Positions 47,931-56,500 of a DNA stretch of 64,000 nt are shown here, in pieces; position 1 is the stretch's first letter; every line of letters starts with the position of its first letter. The notes under the pieces are model-generated. The model ran no database searches. It was not told the origin of the DNA and was given only the letters and a program-made list of their open reading frames with translations. The position numbers and the translations under genes were made by a program. The stretch lies in the IMG/VR virus record IMGVR_UViG_3300006925_002811; one strand, written 5' to 3'. The stretch is from an uncultured virus (IMG/VR IMGVR_UViG_3300006925_002811) (Duplodnaviria > Heunggongvirae > Uroviricota > Caudoviricetes).

Positions 47931-48428
47931 TTATACTTGTTTTTCCCACGGATAAACTAACCACACATCTTCTTCGGATTTGTTTATTTCATGACAACAA
48001 TATTTTACAAAACCAAACGTACTACCAAAGTTTTCAGTTAGTGTTGCAAACCTAACGTTGTGTCCCCAAATCATGTCCCACTTCATATCATCAGGAAAGC
48101 AATTCGATTCCCAATCCTGTTGCAAGTGGTTTAATGTTTCGCCAGTGTCATTGATGTCGTCAATAATAAGAATTTTTTTACCATTGTATGCATCTTCACT
48201 CATCCAACAGTTTGATTCTGTTTCTGCTTGATCTCTAAAACTGATTTTAAGTGCATGACATGTGATGTCTGTTTGATTTGAAATTATTGTAGCAGGTATA
48301 TTGCCGCCTCTGGTTAGTCCTACTATGTAATCAGGACGCCATTCGTCTGCGTACATCTGCATAATAATGCTTTGACACATTAATTCAACGTCTTGCCAAC
48401 TATAGAAATGCTTTTTTAATTCCGCCAC
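47931..48428 (-). CDS. Type I phosphoribosyltransferase (purine PRT-like)
   Basis: GLTRGG, ILIIDDINDTGET, WLVYPWE. Confidence 0.88.
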   Translation of the reverse strand: MAELKKHFYSWQDVELMCQSIIMQMYADEWRPDYIVGLTRGGNIPATIISNQTDITCHALKISFRDQAETESNCWMSEDAYNGKKILIIDDINDTGETLNHLQQDWESNCFPDDMKWDMIWGHNVRFATLTENFGSTFGFVKYCCHEINKSEEDVWLVYPWEKQV

Positions 48429-48817
48429 TGCTTGACCTCATCATTAATTACATCAATCTGGGGAGAGTCTTGACTGTCGTTCATGCCAGTCCATGCGTCT
48501 CTTGTTAAGTAATACATCCAAGCCTTGCCTGCTGTTGTGAGTGTCTCTTCGCGTTTATAAAAGTCTGGATAGCCTTCTATCATATCAAGTTGATCCATTG
48601 CTTCATCGCTAACTTGCCAAACTTCACCTTGAATTTTGTATGTGCCATTTTTAACAACACCCGGAAATGCACCTAAATCTAACATGTCGTAATCAGGGTA
48701 TTGTGTTGTTGCTCTATTAACAATAACAGCATGGTCTGAACCAAACTGATCCAATCCTCTTATACTTCCGCCTGTTTTTAGTGTACCGTATACAAATACT
48801 TTATTTGGTAAGGCCAT
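48416..48817 (-). CDS. Gamma-glutamylcyclotransferase (AIG2-like)
   Basis: VFVYGTLK, GEVW, LDMIEG. Confidence 0.88.
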   Translation of the reverse strand: MALPNKVFVYGTLKTGGSIRGLDQFGSDHAVIVNRATTQYPDYDMLDLGAFPGVVKNGTYKIQGEVWQVSDEAMDQLDMIEGYPDFYKREETLTTAGKAWMYYLTRDAWTGMNDSQDSPQIDVINDEVKQWRN

Positions 48818-49040
48818 TTACTGTTTCCTCTAGTGCTTTAATTTTTTGATTCATTAACGTGAGCAATCGACTACCGTCAGCATCCATAGGAATAGCTCTA
48901 CTTTCTATAGCAAGGTTTTCTAGTTCGTCCACTCGTGCATTTAGATTTGCTATTACTTCGTCCTTTTCTTTAAGAACAGTAAATAGCTCTGCTTTTGTCA
49001 TCTGTGTAGTGCTTTTTTTCATACTACTACTTATATTCAC
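48801..49040 (-). CDS. Small coiled-coil protein
   Basis: 79 aa with heptad pattern. Confidence 0.65.
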   Translation of the reverse strand: MNISSSMKKSTTQMTKAELFTVLKEKDEVIANLNARVDELENLAIESRAIPMDADGSRLLTLMNQKIKALEETVNGLTK

Positions 49041-49113
49041 ATTGTTTGTATCATGGCAAATACTGATATAATTATCAGTACCTGCACAATGATTGCCATA
49101 TTAATTAGTGATC

Positions 49114-49476
49114 TCATGTCACTGCCTTAATTATTTCTACAAACACTTTACCGTATTTTGCAAACCAACCTTGTTCTTCAGTTAGTGCAATGCCATAGTT
49201 GTTTGCAATCATTATTGCTGTTTCAGTGTCTAAGAATGCTCCACCAACAAGTACAAACCCTGCACTTGATACTAGCAAGTACATGTGGTCGTTGTCTCTG
49301 AAACTATGTATTATTATCATTAGAGTACCAGCAAATAATAGCAAGTAGGAAGTAAGTTCCATGTGAGGATTTACACCTAATGCCATAGTCATGCCAAGGA
49401 ACAAAAATGTACAACCTACAATTTTCAATGTAGACTGTATAAAATTATTAATTTGTTTCTTTTGTTTCCTAGTCAT
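49114..49476 (-). CDS. Membrane protein (3 TM)
   Basis: Hydrophobic segments. Confidence 0.7.
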   Translation of the reverse strand: MTRKQKKQINNFIQSTLKIVGCTFLFLGMTMALGVNPHMELTSYLLLFAGTLMIIIHSFRDNDHMYLLVSSAGFVLVGGAFLDTETAIMIANNYGIALTEEQGWFAKYGKVFVEIIKAVT

Positions 49477-49987
49477 CTGGATTAGTTATTGTTGTAGGGT
49501 CTGTATTAATTGCTTCTTCCATGGTCTCTTCGATGTACTGTTCTAAGTCATCTACAATACCAAAAGCCTCATCTAATTCTTGTCCAATTGGATCATTGTT
49601 AAAAAAGTCTAGACCTAAGTCAGATATACTAATTGTACCATGTTCTAAACTGCCTGCAAAATCCATAGAAGGTTCGTGGTATAATAATTTAATATTAACA
49701 TCTTCATTGTTATACAAAAACGTTAAAAATGCTTGTTCAGGCGGTGACCATGCAGATTCAAAGTAACCTTTTATAGTTGCACGATCGTTATCAAGTTTTT
49801 CGAATTCCATACGACCTATGTCTATGTCCCACTTAGTTCCCCAAGTAGTTACAGCATCATTGTAATCCCAATTACCAATTGGAGCCATATACTCCAAGAA
49901 CTTTTCGTCATTGCCTGCTTCATGCAATGCTTTAATTTTTTCTACTGGACCTTCAATCTCAGTATAGTTTCCGCACCAATTAGGCAT
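49469..49987 (-). CDS. YubB/DUF1281-like ferredoxin-fold protein
   Basis: MPNWC.N, WGTKWD, FESAWSPP, YHEP. Confidence 0.8.
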   Translation of the reverse strand: MPNWCGNYTEIEGPVEKIKALHEAGNDEKFLEYMAPIGNWDYNDAVTTWGTKWDIDIGRMEFEKLDNDRATIKGYFESAWSPPEQAFLTFLYNNEDVNIKLLYHEPSMDFAGSLEHGTISISDLGLDFFNNDPIGQELDEAFGIVDDLEQYIEETMEEAINTDPTTITNPDD

Positions 49988-50160
49988 TAGTCGTCCAACC
50001 CGTGTTCGTAATTTCTAGACTTTTCATTGTATCCGTAGAAACTACCTTCCTTCTCATTTTTGACTTTGTTGGCTTTATCGCTTTTCTCACTGGCACCAAG
50101 TGGGTCAAGTAGTATTCTTTCTCTTCTTGAAAGTTGTGCGTTTTCTGGCTTATCGTACAT
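49987..50160 (-). CDS. Small hypothetical protein (57 aa)
   Basis: Manual ORF MYDKPENAQLSRRERILLDP...; TAATG coupling on both sides. Confidence 0.65.
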   Translation of the reverse strand: MYDKPENAQLSRRERILLDPLGASEKSDKANKVKNEKEGSFYGYNEKSRNYEHGLDD

Positions 50161-50507
50161 TATGCTACCTTGCTTTTTTTATATTCGGCCATTGTTTCTT
50201 TGATCATTGTTCTAAACTCGCCCATCAAACTCCAAGCATTGTAATCGCCTGTTGCTTGAATGTCAAAACCGTAACCTGACTTAGTTGGCTTGCCTGCTCT
50301 GAACTCTTCAGTTACATAACCAAACACTAGTTTATAGTATTTGCTCTCATAAAAGTCGCCTCTGTTATCACCTGATATCCAAAATGCATCAGTATTGTTA
50401 GCAACTGGAGTTAATTTAGCACCTGTGCAATGCACAATAAACTTCTTCATTTGTTCTGTGCTCTGATAGTCAGTGGCAAGAACAGTTGTGTTTCTATCCT
50501 TAATCAT
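50160..50507 (-). CDS. Hypothetical early protein
   Basis: 115 aa, coupled. Confidence 0.7.
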   Translation of the reverse strand: MIKDRNTTVLATDYQSTEQMKKFIVHCTGAKLTPVANNTDAFWISGDNRGDFYESKYYKLVFGYVTEEFRAGKPTKSGYGFDIQATGDYNAWSLMGEFRTMIKETMAEYKKSKVA

Positions 50508-50884
50508 TATACATTCCTCACAATGTTTTCGTTACCGTGATCAATAATGTTACCTTGCTTATCTCTACCTGGAGATGTACTAGCATGTATAATACTGTCA
50601 AAATCTTTAATATTAATACCAGTTCTGTTAAACACACTATCAACAACTCTGTCTCTCATAACCTTCATATGAGGAACATTTATACTTACAGGATACTCTG
50701 ATCCTTCTGGGTGGTCTATGTTCTCTTCATGTCCATACCACATTTCTTCAAGAGCAGTAAGTTGAATATTTACTGAATCTGAATCCTTGTCGTTTGCATT
50801 GTAGCAAGTAAAAGAACCAATATGATATCCTGGTATAGATACAATTTTGTCTTTGCTTTGGTTCTGTGTGTTTAAATTTTGCAT
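50507..50884 (-). CDS. Hypothetical early protein
   Basis: 125 aa, first gene after sigma70 promoter. Confidence 0.7.
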   Translation of the reverse strand: MQNLNTQNQSKDKIVSIPGYHIGSFTCYNANDKDSDSVNIQLTALEEMWYGHEENIDHPEGSEYPVSINVPHMKVMRDRVVDSVFNRTGINIKDFDSIIHASTSPGRDKQGNIIDHGNENIVRNV

Positions 50885-50917
50885 ATTTTTCTTCTCTTTT
50901 AATTAACTTATACAACT

Positions 50918-50945
50918 ATTATACAGAAATTCTAGGTTTTGTCAA
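50918..50945 (-). promoter_or_regulatory. sigma70-type early promoter
   Basis: GGTTGACA-N16-TATAATAGTTGTATAA. Confidence 0.85.
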
Positions 50946-51055
50946 CCTTTTTGTATAGAAAACATGCACTTAACCACCTTTAAACAGCGATTTATGTTAA
51001 ATTACGTTATAATTCTGTAATCTGTTAACAGGAATGTTAATGATGATAAATAATT

Positions 51056-51095
51056 CTGTAACACAACTGTAACATAACTGTTGTCAAGATGTAAC
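51056..51095 (+). promoter_or_regulatory. Pho-box-like array of four 11-bp-phased direct repeats
   Basis: CTGTAAC(51056) CTGTAAC(51067) CTGTTGT(51078) ATGTAAC(51089). Confidence 0.55.
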
Positions 51096-51160
51096 ACTCC
51101 CCTCTAGGGGAAACGTTATAACAACATGGGCATTTGTGAAGCAACAAACAGGAGACTAAC

Positions 51161-51292
51161 ATGGCGAATCCATTAGGAATAGTAGCCAGATTAACTCGTC
51201 CATTACGTGACACGGCATCTGACTACTTCGAAAAATTTGACTTAATGATGAAATCAGGGAATATGGAAAACATATTGCCCGAAGTTTTTTAA
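51161..51292 (+). CDS. 43-aa small protein
   Basis: Manual ORF MANPLGIVARLTRPLRDTASDYFEKFDLMMKSGNMENILPEVF; AGGAG RBS; followed by terminator. Confidence 0.75.
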   Translation: MANPLGIVARLTRPLRDTASDYFEKFDLMMKSGNMENILPEVF

Positions 51293-51304
51293 TTTAGTTA
51301 ACAT

Positions 51305-51332
51305 AAAAAAAGGGCCTTTATGGCCCTTTTTT
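51305..51332. terminator. Bidirectional intrinsic terminator
   Basis: A7-GGGCC-TTTAT-GGCCC-T6. Confidence 0.88.
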
Positions 51333-51349
51333 ATTGATCTTAACTTCTA

Positions 51350-52072
51350 CTATGTAGTAGGATCAGAATCGTCATCATCTAATAAACTGTCCATTACATC
51401 GTGTATTGCATCAGTGTCCGAAAAGTCTGGACCATCTTGTGGTGCATCTGTACCCGCTTGTTGGAACCCGTCCATTGTAGTTTCTTCTACATGTACGTTT
51501 GCCTCATCGTGGAAATACATCTCTACGTTTGCTTCTTCATGATATTCTGTTTCAACAGGTGCTGGTGCCGTGTCTGGGGCAGGTGCATCTATTGTGTTAC
51601 CGTTATCAGTAGTTTCGTAGTATACTTCGTCGTGTGCTGGCATTATTGGTGCTGGAACTGGCTCAACGTATTCTTCAACAATTTCTTCAGGGGCAACATA
51701 CCAGTCATCGGCATAACCGTTTGACCAATCACTTGTGCTTTCTTCTACCCATACATTACCATGTTCTGGCAAGTATGTCATATCAGTATGATAGTTTGTT
51801 AATAAGTTTGAATCATCCCATTCGTATTCGTTTGGTTGCATCCAACACTGACAACATTCATCCCAATAGGCGCCTTCGCCTAATCCCTCTGGACATGGGT
51901 GAGTTGGTGTTGATGGGTGCATGTAGTCTCCTACTGCTGGTGCTACAAATACTTCTTCGTATTCTTCAACTGGTTCGTGGTGTGGAATTTCCCATAGTTT
52001 CATTTCGAGTGCGTTTAAACTTTCCCTGACACCATGAATCATTTCCATGATTTCTTGACGTGGGTCTAACAT
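51350..52072 (-). CDS. Highly acidic, His/Pro-rich low-complexity protein
   Basis: 240 aa, no K/R after residue ~25, HPC...CCQC cluster. Confidence 0.75.
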   Translation of the reverse strand: MLDPRQEIMEMIHGVRESLNALEMKLWEIPHHEPVEEYEEVFVAPAVGDYMHPSTPTHPCPEGLGEGAYWDECCQCWMQPNEYEWDDSNLLTNYHTDMTYLPEHGNVWVEESTSDWSNGYADDWYVAPEEIVEEYVEPVPAPIMPAHDEVYYETTDNGNTIDAPAPDTAPAPVETEYHEEANVEMYFHDEANVHVEETTMDGFQQAGTDAPQDGPDFSDTDAIHDVMDSLLDDDDSDPTT

Positions 52073-52143
52073 AATTTTTCTCCATATATGTGTTTATTTG
52101 TTAACAATAGTGTGTCTGTGGTTTTGTATACAACAACTATTTA

Positions 52144-52743
52144 TTAATAAAAGGCATTAGATGTGTCACTGTGGTCAGTAACATCTTTAACACCTGTTAA
52201 TTCTGGAAGTTCGTCCATTAGTTGCTTTTCAACACCATATTTAAGAGTTACATCAACTTGGGCACAACCTTGGCACCCTCCACCAAAACTTAGTATTGCA
52301 ACTTTGTCTTCTGTGATTTCAACTAAGTTGCACTCGCCACCGTGTGCGGCAATACCTGGGTTTACATCATTCCATAATACATAATTAACTTTTTCTTCTA
52401 GTGAGGCATCTTCACCTAGTCTAGGTAGTTTACTGTTAGGTGCTTTTATTGTTAGACTTCCACCGTATTCTTCTTGATCATAATTAACAGTTGCTTCATG
52501 TAAGAACTTAATACTTTGCTCATCGAGGTACACATTCAAGTGTTCAAACTCACGAAGTACTGTACCATCGTGATTACCTTCTCTACAATATGTTAATAAT
52601 GTTTCTGCTTTAGGAGTACCTGCTTTGTCAACATATAAACGTACACCAATAACATCATCTTGCTTAGATAGTAGTTCAGCCAAATACATCTGGGCTGGTT
52701 CAGTTACAGTTATACTATATTCATCTAGTGTTATTGTTGTCAT
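52144..52743 (-). CDS. nfuA: Fe-S biogenesis protein NfuA
   Basis: Degenerate A-type N-domain (AGTPKAE, LTIKAPN) plus Nfu domain GGCQGC, DVTDH. Confidence 0.93.
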   Translation of the reverse strand: MTTITLDEYSITVTEPAQMYLAELLSKQDDVIGVRLYVDKAGTPKAETLLTYCREGNHDGTVLREFEHLNVYLDEQSIKFLHEATVNYDQEEYGGSLTIKAPNSKLPRLGEDASLEEKVNYVLWNDVNPGIAAHGGECNLVEITEDKVAILSFGGGCQGCAQVDVTLKYGVEKQLMDELPELTGVKDVTDHSDTSNAFY

Positions 52744-52897
52744 TCATCCTCCTCGATTCTATTTCCGTAATAATCATGTGTGCCGTCTCTATATCTTTGC
52801 TTTCGTTCATCATTGATGATTGTTGATATCCATACAGCCTTAAGCATGCCGGCGCATAGTATTGTACCAAGTATAACATGTAGTATATCTTGTACTG

Positions 52898-53341
52898 TTA
52901 TTGCTGACATTGTTCTACCTCTATATTACTTTTATCTAAAAATTGTTTACCAGTGCCTTTTGCGGCCATATACTCCACATCATAATATACTTTACTTATC
53001 CCCGCTTGGTGTATAATTTTAGCACATTCAATACATGGTAAATGTGTACAAAACAATACAGCATCTTTACAACTATCGTTGCTTTGTGCAACTTTGGCAA
53101 TAGCATTAGTTTCTGCATGTAGCACTTCTGGTTTGGTATGCAAAGTTACTGTGCCTATGTCATGCTGTTCTTTAATTGTTTCGCATTCGTTATCCCAACC
53201 ACTAGGCATACCATTATAACCGATACTAATGATACGATTATCTTTTACAATAATACAACCTACTTGGGCACGTTTGGCTACACTGAGTTTTGCAGTCTCA
53301 TGAGCAATATTCATGTAATATGGAATCATTTTACTTTTCAT
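52898..53341 (-). CDS. dCMP deaminase
   Basis: GYNG, HAETNAI, PCIEC. Confidence 0.92.
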   Translation of the reverse strand: MKSKMIPYYMNIAHETAKLSVAKRAQVGCIIVKDNRIISIGYNGMPSGWDNECETIKEQHDIGTVTLHTKPEVLHAETNAIAKVAQSNDSCKDAVLFCTHLPCIECAKIIHQAGISKVYYDVEYMAAKGTGKQFLDKSNIEVEQCQQ

Positions 53342-54584
53342 ATTTGCTTACACTCACAGCGGAACTCCTACCTCCAAATCCAAAACTTGTTTTCATAAGT
53401 CTATTATAATCAAAATGCTTTTTACTATCAAATGTAAATGCAAAGTGTGATGTATCAAATGGCTCCACAAGTCCTGCATTACCTGGAATAAAGTCTTGTG
53501 TCATTGCTTCTGCACCCAGCACCAGTTCTATTAGACAACTAGCACCCATCATATGTCCTATCTGTCCTTTGTTACTGTATAACCAGGAGTCTTTGTTAAA
53601 GTATTCTTTTAGTACATTAAACTCTACAGGGTCGCCAACTGGTGTGCCTGTGGCATGTGCATTCACAACATTGTAATCTTCTTTTGTAGTACCTGCTCTA
53701 TCCATTGCTTGTTGTATTGCTAATCTACCACCAGTACCTTCTGGGTCCGGTTGAGTAGGGTGATGAGCATCACTGGCAATACCTATGCCGTCAATAACCC
53801 AACGTATGTTAGCACCTCGAGCCTCTGCTTTTTCTAAGGGTTCAACAATCAAGTACACACTACCCTCTCCTGGTATAATACCATCTCGGTCAATGTCCCA
53901 TGGTACACTCTTTGGTGTATTTGAATGGGCACCTAATGCCTGAAAGTAGTATAGTGTTGTACTTGACGTCATGAAATCTGTAGCACCTACGATAGCAACG
54001 TCTGTGCCCGTCTCTAAGTACTTTTCTGCTGTTTGTAATGCTTGTACACCAGAGATACATGTTGCGGCAATAACACTTGCAGGACCATGTATTTTATAAT
54101 GTTCGCTTATTACGTTACTAACATATTCTTGTGCAGAGTTAAGCAATACTTTAGGGTGTATTTTTCTTCTACCTTTGATTAGATCTGTTACCCAATCTAG
54201 TTCACTTAAACAACCACCTTGAATACTGCCCACAAACACTGGAGTATCTTCAGGTAATTTTTTTATTCCGCTCATCCTAACTGCTTCATCAACTGCAATT
54301 AAACTTGTAGTACAAATAGGATCTGAATAACGTTGATCTCTGTCTGGAACTAAATCGTCAATGTTTACATCATCGTAGTTTGCATGAAATATTTTGGATA
54401 GTTTCATTAGTGGTGATGCTATAGGGTCATCTTTAATCCTAGCATCTGCTAACGGCACTACCATGTCCTTTAAATTTTCTATATTAGTCGGTAAGTCATT
54501 TCCTAGTGGAGAAACAACTCCAACTCCTGTAACTGCCATTTTCATATCTTTGTGTCCTGCCTTAGTTTTTATATCGTTCTGCAA
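53331..54584 (-). CDS. fabF: Beta-ketoacyl-ACP synthase (FabF/KS type)
   Basis: ATCISG catalytic Cys, NAHATGT, KGQIGH, SFGFGG. Confidence 0.9.
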   Translation of the reverse strand: MQNDIKTKAGHKDMKMAVTGVGVVSPLGNDLPTNIENLKDMVVPLADARIKDDPIASPLMKLSKIFHANYDDVNIDDLVPDRDQRYSDPICTTSLIAVDEAVRMSGIKKLPEDTPVFVGSIQGGCLSELDWVTDLIKGRRKIHPKVLLNSAQEYVSNVISEHYKIHGPASVIAATCISGVQALQTAEKYLETGTDVAIVGATDFMTSSTTLYYFQALGAHSNTPKSVPWDIDRDGIIPGEGSVYLIVEPLEKAEARGANIRWVIDGIGIASDAHHPTQPDPEGTGGRLAIQQAMDRAGTTKEDYNVVNAHATGTPVGDPVEFNVLKEYFNKDSWLYSNKGQIGHMMGASCLIELVLGAEAMTQDFIPGNAGLVEPFDTSHFAFTFDSKKHFDYNRLMKTSFGFGGRSSAVSVSKYEK

Positions 54585-55017
54585 GGTACTTTTCGTGTTG
54601 TACCCACTTACCTTTTTTCATAAATCCCCATTCTCTTATCACTGGACCTGGAAAAAATAATGTCCAAACAGCAACGCCAGGCTCAAGCTCAACGCGATGA
54701 AGTTGACTACTGCCTGCAAGGCGTACCGTACCTGCGGGCCGCCAGTACTTGCCAGTCGGCGTATGTTCCCAATAACCCCCTTTAAGGATAATAGTGATAA
54801 AAGGCCAAGGATGATCGTGTAAGTCATCCGGATCTCCTTTGTGAAAGTTGTGTAGGAATATGTTAAACGGAAACCATTTCCTATCTTTTAAAAACAAGTA
54901 ATACCTTGTTAGGTACGGCTCGTTGTCTGCATCAAGTATAACTCTCTTTCTACCCAATTTTTCTAATAGTTTTAATATCATTTCCATCCACCAGCACTTG
55001 CTAATTGCATTGCCCAT
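54562..55017 (-). CDS. Cupin-fold protein
   Basis: LHDHPW..ILKGGYWE, HRVEL; true start probably ~30 nt downstream of the listed start. Confidence 0.8.
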   Translation of the reverse strand: MGNAISKCWWMEMILKLLEKLGRKRVILDADNEPYLTRYYLFLKDRKWFPFNIFLHNFHKGDPDDLHDHPWPFITIILKGGYWEHTPTGKYWRPAGTVRLAGSSQLHRVELEPGVAVWTLFFPGPVIREWGFMKKGKWVQHEKYLAERYKN

Positions 55018-56018
55018 AATCTATGACTTGTTGGACTAGGATAATTTACATTCATCTTTAGTTTTTGAAACGATATGTCGTTCCAATAATTTTGTACGTC
55101 TTCTATGCATTTTATTTGATGGTCTCTCCATGCTACAGGAGTTCCGAGAAGCCAACTCATCATGCAGTTAGGCTCTCTTAACAGCAATGCAGGATTACTA
55201 ATTTGTCTTCCTTCCAATAACTCTACACCGTCAAGTTGTGCATTAAATGTGGTCCAATCTAAATCTTGTGTTTTAGTTTTGTATTGGTCTCTTTCGTCTT
55301 TGTTGATACACCACGGATTAAAGTTCTTCCATAGCACAATATCTACGTTGTTATACTTTTGTATAATCTCATCTGCCCACACTAGAAACGATTTATCATA
55401 TTCGTATAACCATTCTTCAGCAGTTATACCTATTGTAGTACCTGTGTCGTTAGTGTATTTGTTAATCCATGGTGTATCATATAGATAACAAGCATTTGCA
55501 CATCTGTGTGGATCAGTTATTTGAATGCATAACTTAACTTCGTTATACTTATGTACCCACTGTGGTAACATACGTTCTGCTTTTTCAAACATGTTTGTTG
55601 TATGATCACCTGGCCATGCACTTTGATATAAATCACAGTCTAATAATTGTGACAACTTAGGACCCACTGGTTCTACAATTCCTCTTACAACACTTTCAAT
55701 AGATTCCCTTACTTCATTGCCAACAACCATATCTCTAATTTTGCCACCGTATGCCCAACTCTCTCCAAAGAACATAACTAATTCGTTGCTTTTTCTATAT
55801 ATCGCAAATTCAGTGTTAGGAAAATTATTTACTCTGCATTCTTGTCTAGTTTCGATCACATCACTTGCAGGTCTATCAAAAAACTCTGTACCAAATATAG
55901 AAGAATCATTTTCACTGTAATTGGGTGTATAAGTTCTTTTGTATTGATTATAGAGTACTTCAGGAAAATCTCCTGGTCCTCCCCTTGGTACTGTATTCGG
56001 AATTATTTCGTCGGTCAT
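54978..56018 (-). CDS. SGNH-like protein, degenerate catalytic motifs
   Basis: FFGESWAYG; C-terminal NYPSPTSHRLWA with Tyr at the usual His position. Confidence 0.55.
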   Translation of the reverse strand: MTDEIIPNTVPRGGPGDFPEVLYNQYKRTYTPNYSENDSSIFGTEFFDRPASDVIETRQECRVNNFPNTEFAIYRKSNELVMFFGESWAYGGKIRDMVVGNEVRESIESVVRGIVEPVGPKLSQLLDCDLYQSAWPGDHTTNMFEKAERMLPQWVHKYNEVKLCIQITDPHRCANACYLYDTPWINKYTNDTGTTIGITAEEWLYEYDKSFLVWADEIIQKYNNVDIVLWKNFNPWCINKDERDQYKTKTQDLDWTTFNAQLDGVELLEGRQISNPALLLREPNCMMSWLLGTPVAWRDHQIKCIEDVQNYWNDISFQKLKMNVNYPSPTSHRLWAMQLASAGGWK

Positions 56019-56500
56019 ACCAACCTATCTAATAATTTTGTATTTGACCTACTAAGGTGTGCATAGATGTTTTCAGCACAATGAAACAATGCTACATATA
56101 AACTTGTGCTGACTGCTATTTTAAAATCGAAGGGAATGGCCGCAACGTATGTATCTAGTAGCGAACCACCGCTTACAAGCCACACAGAGCCGTTTACAGC
56201 AACATGCCATATGCCTATAGCACTTACACTACCCCAAAAAAGGCTCTTTGTGTGCCTACTTATAGTAGGCGTAACAGCGAATACAGTAAGTATACTTGCA
56301 AGTATAAACCAGTTTACTGGCTCTAAAAATAGATTTGAGAATGCCATTAGTGCTACAGGAAGTAAGTATTGCAGTCTTTTATCGTCAGTTAACCTTGGCA
56401 TAAAGACAGCCAATGCTAACAGTGGTGTAAAGTTGGCAGGTAAACCTATAAATCTACTTGCAACCAATACTACTACCAAAAACATTAAATTTTTAAACAC
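56015..56500 (-). CDS. DUF6580-like small membrane transporter (S-component-like)
   Basis: SRFIGLPANFTPLLALAVF, N..VW, YVAAIPF; about 5 TM. Confidence 0.7.
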   Translation of the reverse strand: MFKNLMFLVVVLVASRFIGLPANFTPLLALAVFMPRLTDDKRLQYLLPVALMAFSNLFLEPVNWFILASILTVFAVTPTISRHTKSLFWGSVSAIGIWHVAVNGSVWLVSGGSLLDTYVAAIPFDFKIAVSTSLYVALFHCAENIYAHLSRSNTKLLDRLV

